NCBI GenBank assembly: GCA_951406725.2 | Contig: OX597822.1 | Location: 60,574,001 to 60,638,000, forward strand | From: Octopus vulgaris | Taxonomy: Eukaryota | DNA length: 64,000 nucleotides | Reading direction: 5' to 3' | Shown here: piece after piece, positions 13,981 to 28,602 of the stretch | How positions within the stretch are numbered: position 1 is the first letter of the stretch | How the letters are laid out: every line of letters begins with the position of its first letter | Translations under genes and position numbers: made by a program | Notes under the pieces: model-generated | Databases searched by the model: none | Seen by the model: the letters and a program-made list of their open reading frames with translations, nothing else | What the model was told of the DNA's origin: nothing

Positions 13981-14918
13981 TTTTACTGTTTCAGTACCTC
14001 TTTAGAAATTTTTGTATGAATATATATGAGTGCGCGCGCGTGTTTGTGTGTGTATGTGTGTGTGTGTGTGCATGTGTGTGCGCGTGTACAGGCATACATA
14101 CACACATACACACAATGTACGCACGCATACACACAAATATAAATGTCTGTAAAGATATGTATAAGTATTTTGTATCCACTCGTATGTATAACTGCGTCCA
14201 CGCCCGACGACAAATATCAAATATTTAACGTGCATACACAATTTACAATAGCTGGAACTCTAAATTAAACTTTCATTTAGTTTAGGATGTGCTTTAACAC
14301 GCACGGTTTTTTAATAAAACCCAGTCCTGAGCTTGTCTTTCTACTCAGTTTACATACAAATTTATCTTCTCTTAATTCCGTTTATATACACGTTTTCCAT
14401 ACACGACTCCAAATTAATTATAAATACCCGCCTACAAAATCAATATTTAATATTCAACTATCATTCACCATATTTAGTTCATTTCTTTATTTAAATAACC
14501 AATTATAAAAGCGACACATCCAGCCGCAACTTAACTTCAATGACTCCTTTTCCTTCGCCATTTTTCTAGCTCTTCAATTTCGTCCTCTTCTTTCTACCAA
14601 TTCGATTTCTTTTTCTTTCCTTTTCTTGTCATCTTTCTTCTTTTTCGCTTTCTTTCGCGTATCTTCCTTCACTTTTTCTACCTTGTTTGCAATCTAATTC
14701 CTCTTTCATATATTATGGTTTCTAATTTAGGTAGAAGACCACCAATTTTGAGAGAAGAATATTAATTAATTACATCGACTTCATTGCTTTATTTTATTGT
14801 CCCTGAAAGAACGAAAGGTAAATTTGACCGAAGTTCAGAGATTTGACCTTCGAATGTAAAGGGCCGGGACAGAAACTCTTTGCATTTTGTCCACGTTCTG
14901 ACGATACAACCCTTATTA

Positions 14919-15205
14919 TATAAGGTCATTAAGAAGGAAATGTCCGATTTTGAACTGAAAGTTTATTTTACTTTATCTCAACAAAAATCAATGCAATTAA
15001 GCAAAGTACGCACCTAAATTATTAACTGAATTTTGTCATTTTATCGGTAGCTTACTTATACCGGCGGCGAAGAGTTCTGGTGAGCAAGAGGTGATGAAAT
15101 CACGAAAGGCTGTTTTTGCATCTTCTCCAGATTGGAAATTTTTTCCTAGCAAACAGTTGTTTAATGCATGGAAAAAGTGATAGTCAGTTGGTTCAAGGTC
15201 AAGTC
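14919..15205 (-). mobile_element. Mariner transposase C-terminal fragment
   Basis: Minus strand [33 protein letters not shown]. Confidence 0.7.
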
Positions 15206-15260
15206 ATATATATAAATTTAAATATAGCGATGCTGTCTCATTGAACGCTTATTCATTTTT

Positions 15261-15440
<180 letters not shown>

Positions 15441-15480
15441 AATATATGTGTATATATATATATGTATCTGTGTCTTTGTA

Positions 15481-16672
15481 CAGGGTGGTCCAAAAGTCAT
15501 TAAGGACTTTCAAGTTTTAATTACTCCCTTATTTTTACAAATAGGTGTATGAAATTTTGATTCAATATAGAGGAGATAAAGAAGATTAATTTGCATTAGT
15601 CCTTTTTCATCATACTTCTGCATTATGTACGAAAAGTGATACTTTTCAGATGGCATCTATTTACAGTTTCCTACGTCCGTGCTCTTTCCCAAATATGTTC
15701 CATGGCTGCTATAAGGGTTTCAGGGTCCATTTCCCTGATTTCTCTAGTGATATTCTCCTTCAATTGCTCCGGGGTTTCTGCTTGTTGACATAAACCATCC
15801 CCTTGAGGTACCCCCACATGTCAGAGGGCTAGTGAAGTCTGGGGAACACGATGACCAGTTGACATCATAGTAGATGATTCTTTCTCCAAAATATTGCCTC
15901 AGCAACTGTATTGTCTCTCTTGTAGTATGAGCAGTTACCTGGAACCACATGTCGGGCCTATTTTGTATGGCTGGGCGTAAAATGTTCTCGATCATGGACC
16001 TATACTGCTCACCAGTCACAGTAATAGCATTCCCATCATTGTCCTCAAAGAAATAAGGCCCGATTATCTCATCCACTGTAATTGCACACCATACTGTACA
16101 CTTTATGGATGCAGTTCACTTTGGTGCTCTCTGGGTTTAAATAATTGACCCCGAATTTTGATAGAACAATTTCACCACTTGGGTGCGTTGTGCAGTGCCA
16201 TATTTTTCATAATCGATTTCCAGGACCTAATCCATAAAATCTCTGAAAAGAAAAAAGAAAAGGTCAAAAAGTAAAAGAATTATCAAAGATTGTGAAGGTG
16301 CATGGCTCAGTGGTTAGAGCGTCGAGCTTACGATCGTGAGGTTGTGAGCTCGAATCCCGGACCGGGCTGCATGTTGTGTTCTTGAGCAAGACACTTTATT
16401 TCACGTTGCTCCAGTTCATTCAGCTGTAGAAATGAGTTGCAACGTCACAGGTGCCAAGCTGTATCAGCCTTTGCCTTTCCCTTGGATAACACTGGTGGCG
16501 TGGAGAGAGAAGGCCGGTATGCATGGGCGACTGCTGGTCTTCCATAAACAACCTTGCCCGGACTTGTGCCTGGAGAGTAACTGTCTAGGTGCAATCCCAT
16601 GGTCTGTGTCGTGACTGAAGGGGGTCTCAGATATCAAAGATTACAACCCCACAGTAACTTTTGAGCCACCCT
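15481..16672 (-). mobile_element. Tc1/mariner (rosa/DD41D-like) transposon relic, internally deleted, with a SINE inserted near one end
   Basis: Imperfect TIRs agggtggnncaaaagt; IIGPYFFE..TVTGEQYRSMI..MWFQ..TAHT..WSSCSPD. Confidence 0.82.
16292..16631 (+). mobile_element. tRNA-derived SINE (family C) inserted in the mariner end
   Basis: A box tggctcagtgg, B-box-like gctcgaatcc, gttcttgagcaagacacttta core; 11-bp TSD tatcaaagatt (16281-16291 and 16632-16642). Confidence 0.88.
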
Positions 16673-16877
16673 ATTTATGTGTTTGTACCCACCACGACTT
16701 GACAAACGATATCGGTTTGTTTATGTGTCAATAACTTAACGGTTCGCCAAAAGATTCCGATAGAGTAAATACCACTCATTCAAAAAAGTAAGTGCAGGGG
16801 TTGATTTGCACGACTAAATCCTTCAAGGCGGTGTAAGTCCAATGACTGAAACAAGTAAAAGATAAAACATATATACT

Positions 16878-16925
<48 letters not shown>

Positions 16926-18233
16926 CATATGCACAAACGCACACGCACATATATACATATATATTTTTTTTCGTGTGTGAGTGTGTATGTGTATGTCTGT
17001 GTGCGTGCGTGCGTGCGTCTATTCATGCCTCTTCCATATATACTTTAAATGTTACTCATTTGAAACGACCTACTTTCAATGGTGCCAGCATACGCCCTTC
17101 AGCTCTCTTTTTGTCGTTCACTCCATCCCACTCTCCTAAGCCTCTTCTCCCACTTTCTCTTTCTCCCCCTCTTCACTCTTCTCCCCCCTCTCTCTCTTTC
17201 TCTCCCTCTCCCTCTCTGAAATAACCGAACTACAAAGCTTCGTTTAACATATCTTTACTTCCTGTCAATATAACGATTACCCATTAAAGGTCTTTCACAA
17301 AATTTCGTGCTTCTATTAATGTCTGTTTTTTCTACGTTCAGTTTTCGTTCTTTGTATTCATTTTTATTCATTTCATCTGTCCTTATTCACATCCTCGGTC
17401 TCTTCCAATTTCAATGTTGACACTTCACAAAGACAAGTTTGTCGTTGTTCCAGAAATTACAGCAGACGATTTGAAACATGTTTTGAGGTCGGTCGCTCCT
17501 GAGCGCTATTTTCCTTTCGGAGAAACCAACTCATAACCTTTGCTGAATTTTTTCTCTCTTGCTTATAACAAAGACAATTTATTTTGATGCTGATACTGTT
17601 GAGCTTACTACTACTACTACTACTACTACTACTATCACCACTGCCGTCGCCGCCACCACCACTACTTCTACTACTACAGCCACCACTACCACCACCACCA
17701 CTACTACTACTACCACTATACTTTGCCATATAAATATTCTACCATGAACAAACGTGGAAGCTTTTACGTGGTCACTCACCTTGCTAGAAATAACGATCAA
17801 ATCTCCATTAAATCTTATCTTTCCGGTTTTTTGTATGCATGGAAACCAGTGACCCTTCATCCAACAGATAAAGGATTTCTCCGCACACAACAAAAAGAAA
17901 GAATGAAAACGGCTATAATTCTTTTGATCATTGATCTGCTTCTGTTCGATCGATACTGTTCAAGGGCTAAGCAATAACAAGTATTATACCACTGTAATGT
18001 ATTTTATAAATAAATAATGAGAAACTCAAGTTTATTTTTAACCTGAACAGCAGGCGATAGGATTAGCCGAGTAAGAACCTACCTTCATCTTTACTAACCC
18101 TATATTTGAAATAGCTTGTCTGAAAAAGCTGGCACACCGTCGGTTACGACGAAGGTTCCAGTTGATCGGATCAACAGAACAGCCTGCTCCTGAAATTAAC
18201 ATGCACGTTAATTACTCCACTAACACGCATACC

Positions 18234-18465
18234 TATTTCTTTACTACTCACAAGGGGCTAAACACAGAGGGGACAAACAAGGACAGACAAACGGATTAAG
18301 TCGATTATATCGACCTCAGTGCGTAACTGGTACTTATTTAATCGACCCCGAAAGGATGAAAGGCAAAGTCGACCTCGGCGGAATTTGAACTCAGAACGTA
18401 GCGGCAGACGAAATACGGCTAAGCATTTCGCCCGGCGTGCTAACGATTCTGCCAGCTCGCCGCCG
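18234..18465 (-). mobile_element. SINE family A copy, nested in another SINE
   Basis: Full consensus; 21-bp TSD tactccactaacacgcatacc (18213-18233 and 18466-18486). Confidence 0.9.
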
Positions 18466-18619
18466 TACTCCACTAACACGCATACCCTTAACGTAGTTCT
18501 CAGGGAGATTCAGTGTAACACACCGAATGTGACAAGACTGAACCTTTGAGTTATAAGTACAACTCGTTTTTTCCAGCTGAGTGACTGGAACAACGTGAAA
18601 TAAAGTGTCATGTTCAAGA

Positions 18620-19052
18620 TTGGCGAATGCAATCGTCTTCCCAATAGCAACATATGGATGCGAGACATGGACACTAAAGAAAGCTGACCAGAAGAGAATT
18701 AATGCATTCGAGCTTTGGTGTTGGAGAAGACTTTTACGGATTCCATGGACAGCGAGGCTCACCAATGGAGAAGTTCTTAACAGGATCAAGCCGAAACTGT
18801 CGCTAGAAGCTAGGATCACCAAGCATAGATTGATATATTTTGGTCATATTATGCGGAGAAAATCCCTGGAGAAGGACATCATGCTCGGAATGGTCAGTGA
18901 CAAGAGCGGAAGAGGCCGGCTTGATACCATCAAGAGTGACACAGGAATGGCCATAGCCAATCTGAAAGAAGCTATCCAGGCTAGAACTGGCTGGAGAACA
19001 CTGGTTCATCGAGTAACCGAGAGTCGACTTCGACTGAGTGGATAGAAAGATA
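18620..19052 (+). mobile_element. RTE (BovB-like) LINE 3' fragment
   Basis: VFPIATYGCETWTLKK..INAFELWCWRRLLRIPWTAR..YFGHIMRR; 8-bp TSD gttcaaga (18612-18619 and 19053-19060). Confidence 0.9.
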
Positions 19053-19899
19053 GTTCAAGAACACAGCGTGCCGCTTGGCAAACTCAGAAGAAGGGCGTGC
19101 TATTGGAGAGAAAAAGAGGGGAGAGATTAGTAGAACTGTTTGGCAAAAAAAAGAGTTTTAATATCACCACTTCAGTTTAGATACGACTAGTTGCCGCCTG
19201 TTGTAATTTTTGACGATCTTATGCAACATTTGTTTTTTGTGTTTTTTAAAAAAAAAGATATATGACTAAAGTGAACTGTAATTTAAAAGAACAGTAAAAT
19301 TAAACTGCTTGCTTTGTGGGGCGAGTAAGCCATTTCATCCTTATGTCTTTATCATAGTTATAGTCCATTCGATATGTGTTTTATATGTATCCCAATATCT
19401 TGTTTTTTCTGTCCTTGTGGTATCCCCTCTTTATAAAGAACATGTGCCTAAATAAAAGAAATCGACCTAATGATCATGAGTCGAACACCCTAGGTTACGA
19501 TGAATAGGAATCCCTTTAACATTAAAACACAAATGTAGAAGGCAGAGAAATGCCGACCGCTTGATACTTTGAAAATTGAGATAAAGCAACGACAGGTTGT
19601 GATGGTTTCCAGTAATTTTGATGGTGGATACAGTAAATGTTTTAACTGTCAAGATATCGACTTGTCTAGGGTAAACATGGCTAGGCAGTTAAGAAATTTG
19701 GCGCAAACATAGCTGAGTAGATAAGAAGTTTGCTTCGTAACATTAGGATTCAAGGTTCAATCCCACTACGTGTCACTTTGTCCAAGTTGTCTTTTATATG
19801 GACCTTCACACACGCACACACACACACAGACACATGTGTGTGTGTGTGCGCGCGCGGCTCCGTGAGCACTACATCATTTGCACAACGTGGAGAATATAC

Positions 19900-20270
19900 C
19901 ATCAGTATTGCCTAAACAACCTTAACATTAAATTCAGAATTCATTCAAGGCTAGGGCCATGTACCACTATTCAGAATCTGAACACACAAATACACTGCAA
20001 CACAATTTCTTTTCCTCAGCAGGCCCTGCTCTATTTAACATTTTTCCCAAAAGAAATCAAAGAAAAAGATCCCATCTTTTCCAAACGAAACCTGGAACAA
20101 GTGATACCAAATAAGCCACGTATACCTGGATACATCTCAGTCAACAACAACTCCCTAATTGAATGGGTCATGATACTTGACTTTAAAATGACGTAGCAGA
20201 TCCTATCAGGTGATGTTATTAAGTTAGACATGGCCTGAACTAATCTTTGGCCGAAACATATCTAATTAAT
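19900..20270 (+). mobile_element. CR1-like LINE 3' end (degenerate)
   Basis: Fragments AGPALFNI, PKEIKEKDPIF and IPNKPRIPGY..NNSLIEW resemble CR1 ORF2 C-termini. Confidence 0.5.
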
Positions 20271-20439
20271 CTAAGTTAATCATTTTCTAAATTAATTATT
20301 ATCTAACTAATATATATGGTCATTTTCTTTCACTTTTGCCAAATAAACACACGCACCATATATTCGTTGTTCACTCGTTTATTTTTGTTCCTAATCTAAT
20401 TCATGGCCATTGTCCTGAAATCTTTCGTCACACATCTAC

Positions 20440-20487
<48 letters not shown>

Positions 20488-20774
20488 CGCAGAAGAGAGC
20501 CGAGGATCCAGAAGGTTAGCTCAGGCAGCACCAGCTATCCGAATGTGTAGGAAAGGGAACTTATTCAATAGAAACATTAGTTTCACACAAACAGAAAACC
20601 AGAAGGTTACCTTCGGTCGCGGGCGATAAATAACAAGTGAAGAATGGGATTAGTATCACATTTATTCTACAGTTTATAATTATTTCCATAACATGTTGGT
20701 GACAGTTCATATACCATGCATGAAGACATAGAAGAGAGCAATGATATTGTTATAGCGATTATATAATACATATC

Positions 20775-20998
20775 GACTGACCTACAGTCATTAAGTCATG
20801 GTTTATCCACATTACTCCCGTAAGTTACATGGGGCTGGTCCCTTGCAGGACTTCTAATTTTTACAGGCTGAGTGGACTGAAGCAACGTGAAATGAACTGT
20901 TTTGCTGAAAAACAAAACGCATCACCCGATCCAAGAATCGAAACCACAGTCTTAGGATCATGAGTCCAACACCCTAACCATTAGGCCATGCGCCTCCA
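20775..20998 (-). mobile_element. tRNA-derived SINE (family C-related)
   Basis: Minus strand ggaggcgcatggcctaatggttaggg..ggtttcgattc head. Confidence 0.75.
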
Positions 20999-21497
20999 TA
21001 ACCATTGGGAATAAATATAATTATTACATAGTGGATGAACTTGCTTATAAAAGGAAATCACGATGACCTGGAAGTGGGACGGTTGTTCGTTGATTAAGGG
21101 AAGAGAAGTTAGTGTAAGAAGTATCAATGAGGAATGAACAGATTGACATTTTGATAGTAACTATTTCTTGACAATATAATTTTGCAAGGTCATAAAGTCC
21201 AGACATTTTGTTTGGCAGAGATGGTAAAGTATTGTAAAATTTCCATACTGAGGCACAGGAAGCAATAAGCAAATTAGAACCTGGTTTCAAAACAGATTTC
21301 AAGTAACAAAAGTGAGTTTTGAAGACGATAGAGGGTGTAGGGTTATATGCAAGTAGAGTAACCGATGCCCCTTATGTATATACATAACACTATAGGCACA
21401 CATACACAAACAGAGGCGTATATAAATCTACACAACGATAAATGTATACATGTGTACAAAAACATATATACAAACATATATATGTGTACAAAAACAT

Positions 21498-21657
21498 GGC
21501 GCAGCAGTGGCTGTGTGGTAAGTAGCTTGCTAACCAGCCACATGGTTCCGGGTTCAGTCCCACTGCGTGGCATCTTGGGCAAGTGTCTTCTGCTATAGCC
21601 CCGGGCCGACCAATGCCTTGTAAGTGGATTTGGTAGACGGAAACTGTCGTATATATG

Positions 21658-21709
<52 letters not shown>

Positions 21710-21905
21710 TCCCCCTAGCATTGCTTGACAACCGATGCTGGTGTGTTTACGTCCCCGTCAATTAGCGGTTCGGCAAAAGAGACCGATAGAATAAGTACTG
21801 GGCTTACAAAGAATAAGTCCCGGGGTCGATTTGCTCGACTAAAGGCGGTGCTCCAGCATGGCCGCAGTCAAATGACTGAAACAAGTAAAAGAGTAAAAGA
21901 GTAAA

Positions 21906-21906
<1 letters not shown>
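21498..21906 (+). mobile_element. tRNA-derived CORE-like SINE with an internal microsatellite (family B)
   Basis: A/B boxes tggctgtgtgg and gggttcagtcc; cttgggcaagtgtctt core; (gtaaaaga)n tail. Confidence 0.9.
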
Positions 21907-21958
<52 letters not shown>

Positions 21959-22393
21959 TGATAGCATTAGTGGCTGGGGCTATGCCAATGGTAGTAACGG
22001 CTCTTCGCTCAAGAAAATAAAATTTATAGACACCACTTTCGGACCCCTCATTCTGTTGTCCAAAGGCAGATTATACTTTCTTGAAAAATTTCTCTCGGAA
22101 GCCCAATACAGAGACAGTCACACTGTTGAAAAGTATCGCCGATAATGTGTACCCTGATTTTTCCCAGTGTTGAAACACACACAAAAGAGAGTTGTACTAT
22201 CTAGTTATAAAAGCACAACGTAGTTTATTGACGCTTTGTGATAATCAGTGTTATTAAGAAATAAACGAAAAGTGAATATATAAGTTTTTGTGTTAATAAA
22301 TGGCTGGAAAGCCTCTTCTACGATGTAATTGTTTCAGTTGCAATCAACGGTCTCAAATCAAGTCACTTGCAGAACGTATAAACACCGGGATAT

Positions 22394-22465
<72 letters not shown>

Positions 22466-22553
22466 GTGTCTGTGTGTGTGTGTCTGTGTGTGTGTGTAAT
22501 GTATGTCTGTATGTATTTATGTATGTGTGCAGATTTATGTGCGTGTATGTGTG

Positions 22554-22594
<41 letters not shown>

Positions 22595-23584
22595 ATATGC
22601 ATGTATGTATGAATGTATGTATGTAAATTTTATTTGCTCACGCATGCTCACACATACATACATATATACATTCATACACACACACACAAATACATACACA
22701 TATGCACTAACTAAATTTACCCTTTTATAAAAATCCTGAACTTTTCACTCATCCTTTAATATTTCCTGTCATTAGCCATTTTAGTATTATTTAAATTGAG
22801 CATTGCTCCATAGAACATTCCAGACTTTCCTTTTCATAGATATATATACACACATGCGCATGCGCACTAACGCGCAGACACACATATACACATACACTCA
22901 TACTTGCACTCACACAGATATATACACAGTCTTATCCACAAATATACACACAGAAACACACAGTGTCATACTTATACACACGCTTTATCTCACTCAGTCC
23001 CCCTCTCGTCCACCACTCTATCTCTTGTTACCTTCCTCTCTGTCTGTCTTTCTCGCTCTCTCTATCTATCTCTCTCTCACTCTCACTCTCACTCTCTCTC
23101 TCTCTCTCTCCCACTCTATCTATCTCTCAATCTATCTATCTATCTATCTATCAAAATTGCTGCCTATCTCTATTACTATTGTCCACTCGATCTTATTTGT
23201 CTATATATTTCTCTTATATTATTTCCCTCGAATTCTCTGTATCTCTCCTGTTAATTTTTATCATTGTCATTAGAATATTTTCACTTTGCAAAATGCTGGC
23301 CAGGCCAGCAACGATGTCGACAGCCATCTAGGTGATTAGAGATTTATATCCGGCTGCAATGTCTATGAATGAGATACTTAAAAGTCAGACTGTTAATGGC
23401 TCAGTCCACTTAACATTATACTGAGAACTGCCGGACAGTTCACTGTATTGTGCAGGGCTGGGTGAAGGTAACAGCAACTCGGAAAGTCGCCCAGGGTGTC
23501 ATTCATGGGCCTGGATGGTCTCGTTAAGTGCTTGGTGTCTTCGAAATATAAATGGAAAATGAAAATCGATAAAATGGACTTTTT

Positions 23585-24142
<558 letters not shown>

Positions 24143-24894
24143 TTTATCCTTAGTGTTTAATATACATGTAAGGTCGCTGAAATTTGGCTTGCACGTGACG
24201 ACTGAGCCCCTTGGTAAGCGAAATACACCTCTGTCCACTTAACTGTAAGTAGCCACTACAGTGTGAATGTAGTTCACTGTAGTGTACCCATGACCAACTG
24301 CAAGTAGATACAGGAAGCAGTCATGGCCGTTCCAGAGCTCAATCACCCTGCGAGGTATTTTCAATAGTTTCGTGTCAACCAAAACCTTATGAATAAATCT
24401 GGGTAGGCGGAAACTTTATAAAATGGAGAACCACACTGGTTATGCCTCAGAATTACCATAAAGGTATATGCATCTGAGAGTACTCAGCCACTTGGTACTC
24501 TAGTCCAATGGGTAGATTATCTCGATGATCGAACTCCTGGATGTCTATATTTTCCCATAGCCAAGACACTAGACTGTCAAGCTAACAACAGCTCAATTCA
24601 CGCATCTTTAATTTTGTTGATCAAACTTATTCCTGCCCTAAACATGCAGTCTTTTATTCAGCCATGCTGTTTCAAGGAACACGTCAAATGTATCGCTGTT
24701 AAGGCGTTTTGTTTGATTTAAGGGAGAGATATGCATGCAGCCTCCTTGCCGAGCTGGTTGTATGTACATACCACAGTGTGGTATAGTTTTCTACAGTGTC
24801 CCTTGTTAGGAACCACAATAAGGAGGCTGTTTTTGCTTAACTCCAAACATTAAGAAATAAATCGAGGCTTGTTTTCTTCGCTATTCTTTGCGTA

Positions 24895-25061
24895 AATCGA
24901 TTACATCGTTCCCAGTGCTCAACTGAAACTTACTTTATCGATGTCGAAAGGATGAAAGGCAAAGTCGACCTCGGCGGAATTTGGACTCAGAACGTAAAAG
25001 TGGTCAAAATACAACTAAGCATTTCGCCCGGCGTGCTAACGATTCTGCCAGCTCACCGCCT
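24895..25061 (-). mobile_element. SINE family A copy
   Basis: Reverse complement of the family A head and core. Confidence 0.8.
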
Positions 25062-25526
25062 TATGTCGTTATAATAATAATGAAAATCTATGTATTGGAT
25101 TTGCAAACTCTTCTTTATTAGTCCATAGATGTCTTTCTTCTATACTTTCTGTACCACACTGACGTCAAGTTGATCGCTTACTTCCACATTTCTTGCATTT
25201 ATTTAAGGTTCGAAACAACAGTATCAGGTCGCTTGTGTTTTAATTTGATTACTGTTCATATTTTTAAGTTCCATCAAAATTCCTCTGCTACATTGATCTC
25301 AATGCGTTCAACTCTATTTCTTTTTAATCTTTTTTTATTTTCGACATATATGTTTTTTTGTTTTTTTCGTTGTCAAACATTTTGCACCAATAGAAAAACA
25401 TTCAGTTTCCAACCTAGAAACAATTCTTTGGAACTAATGCCAACATCAGTATTTTAGTACTGTATGCATGTACCTCAGCGCATATATGTGCGTATGTATG
25501 CATATGTATTTATGTGTGTATGTGTA

Positions 25527-25623
<97 letters not shown>

Positions 25624-25911
25624 TAAAATAGAAACATTATTGTATCTAAGGAAACATCGTTGGCAAAAAATCGTTACTTTAAAGTGCTGCTACTGAATAT
25701 CTCTCGTTGACAGATTTAGGAACAACAATGTTTCTATTTTATTAAATCAGTGACTGTGAGTCACTAAGAAAATTATATATATTTTCGAACGGGTGTTTAA
25801 CAGCGCCATCTCAGCCGAAGAGTTATTCTGTGCCGACGAAAAGAAATAACCCTGAAACGGTACGGTCCACAGATACTGCATTGTGCTGTATCTGTATGCT
25901 GTATCTGTATA

Positions 25912-26118
25912 AGGTGGCGAGCTGGCAGAAACGTTATCACACCGGGCGAAATGCTTAGCAGTATTTTGTCTGCCGTTACGTTCTGAGGTCGACTTTGCCT
26001 TTCATCCTTTCGGGGTCTATAAATTAAGTACCAGTTACGCACTAGGGTCGATGTAATCGGCTTAATCCCTTTGTCTGTCCCCTCTATGTTTAGCCCCTTG
26101 TAGGCAATAAAGAAATAA
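25912..26118 (+). mobile_element. SINE family A copy
   Basis: Consensus with a small internal deletion; short ataaggt TSD. Confidence 0.85.
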
Positions 26119-26279
26119 GGTACTGATTTGTGCTTGGTGGGGGGTACTAACCTCCCCTGCTCGAAAATATAAGGATACAGATTTGTGTGTCGCATAGCCA
26201 GATGGAGACGATGTCCCTTGGATTTAAACAACACTAGCATTCGCCCCAAAATGGGACTGTCACAGTAGGTTGTCAAAAA

Positions 26280-26334
<55 letters not shown>

Positions 26335-26608
26335 AGAGAAAGAAAGAAAGAAAAGAGCGAGAGAGAGAGATTCCTTTTCTTGAATATTCAGCACATGATA
26401 GAGGTGTAGGGGTTCCTTCATGACCTACCGCGCATTTGGACATTTGTAAGCTCATCTCCCTCCAGCTATGAAACTTATAAATATGTGTGTATGTGCATGT
26501 ATATGTATATGCATATATGTGTGTGTGAGTGTATGTGTGTGCGCGCGTGTGTATGAGTGTGTGTGCATGTATGTGTGTATGTGCACACACACACACACAC
26601 ACATATAC

Positions 26609-26692
<84 letters not shown>

Positions 26693-26730
26693 ATAAAAAA
26701 ATATATGTATATATATATATATCCATATAT

Positions 26731-26888
26731 ATGACGGGCTTCTTTCAGTTTCTGTCTACCAAATCCACTCACAAGGCTCTGGTCGGCCCGAGGCTATAGT
26801 AGAAAACGCTTGTCCAAGGCGTCACCAGTGGAACTGAACCCGGAACTATGTGGCTGGTAAGCAAGCTACATACCACGCAGCCACTCCT
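26731..26888 (-). mobile_element. SINE family B 5' half
   Basis: Matches the family B head. Confidence 0.8.
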
Positions 26889-27146
26889 ACACTGAATGAT
26901 TACCATCGTCTAAAATAAAGCTTATGGGAACAGTATAATGCAGTCGCTATTTTGCTGGGTTATATGTAGCGCACGAAGTTGATCGGATATTAAAGATTTT
27001 TTTACAATTACCAAGGCTAGTGTTTTGTTGATAGTTCATCATAACACAATACTTTATTAAAAACATATCATTGAATTGATGCTTCTTGATGCCTCACTGT
27101 TAAAGAAACCACCTCTTTTTTATTATTATTATTATTCAGTTTCTTG

Positions 27147-27352
27147 AAGGCTGCGAGCTGACAGAATCGTCAGCAAGCCGGGCGAAATTTCGTCTGCCGT
27201 TACGTTCTGAGTTCAAATTCCGCCGAGTTGGACTTCGCCTTTCATCCTTTCGGGGTCGATGAAATAAGCACCAGTTATGTACTGGGGTCGATGTAGTCGA
27301 CTAACCCCCTTTCCCAAAATTTTTTAAAGGTCTTGTGCCTAGAGTAGAAATA
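27147..27352 (+). mobile_element. SINE family A copy
   Basis: Head plus Nin core; approximate TSD ttatta(t)cagtttct. Confidence 0.8.
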
Positions 27353-27927
27353 ATTATTATACAGTTTCTAACGTCTAGAGTTTCAAGACAGTTTACCATT
27401 CGTCAAGTTTGGACTCAAAATTGTTTTCGTCAAATTTACGCATAGGGCTATCAAAATGGGAAACCGTAATTTTTAATGTAACTGAACCACTGGCTAGATC
27501 TGCGTTAGCTAAAAGGGTAAACATTGTAACGATTTCACATTGAAAATCTATTTAAGTGATACCTTACATAATTCCATGCAAAATTCCTGATACGGAAATA
27601 CAAGGCGAGATCTTTGGATGTACACCTATATTCCAAGTGAGACAGCTGAAACCTTGGTTGATGCATAGAATTCAGGTAGTACAACTAAAGCAATTTTGTG
27701 AGTGACGGAGAGGAAAACGGAAAACCATTAAAACATTATAATGCCAGGTTTTTTGTCGGTGTAGCTAACAATATGAACAATTCTTTACATGTTTGCCATT
27801 TTGAAATCCTTTATATAATTCCAAAACATGCGCTTCAGAATTGACAGGACAACTTTTGGGAAATGTATTTATGGTTTTACTTGGACAAAGCGATTCTGGT
27901 TATGGAGAAGGAGAAAAGATATTAAAC

Positions 27928-28014
<87 letters not shown>

Positions 28015-28017
<3 letters not shown>

Positions 28018-28140
28018 CAAAATTTAGAGGAATGACCACTAAAGTGGACACCCTATATGCTAAACATAGACGTCAAATCGTCATGTTTAGCATAGCATAT
28101 AGGGTGTCCACTTTAGTGGTCATTCCTCTAAATTTTGTAT
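28015..28140. repeat. Perfect 48-bp inverted repeat/hairpin inside an (AGAT)n array
   Basis: 28015-28062 is the reverse complement of 28093-28140. Confidence 0.95.
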
Positions 28141-28233
28141 GTAACACAATTTTTAATCTCCGGATTTTTTTAAATATGCTAAACCACTGGTTTTAATTGA
28201 TTAATATCAATTTCTACTCTTATTATTTAATTT

Positions 28234-28327
<94 letters not shown>

Positions 28328-28522
28328 TACAAATATATTATAGAAGAATGGAAAACTGTCGATATGCTAAATCCTTACTAAGAAAACTTGAAGAAAATGA
28401 TGTAAACTGAGAAAAATGTAGAGTTCAAAAGATTTTAAGTACTGATTTTAACTCCTTGTACTGGTACTCTCTCGCGTTGTCGTCTGCTTCGACTCTGAAA
28501 ATTATTGTAAACCTGTTAAACA

Positions 28523-28602
<80 letters not shown>

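Noticed and set aside
14540-14690. Lys/Glu-rich minus-strand reading
   Set aside because: Purine-rich low complexity with an internal stop and no splice support.
16294-16365. tRNA-like sequence
   Set aside because: SINE head with A/B boxes, a SINE body and TSDs; no proper acceptor stem.
22030-22360. Minus-strand ASERNFS (hAT-like) fragment
   Set aside because: A single short motif; not enough support.
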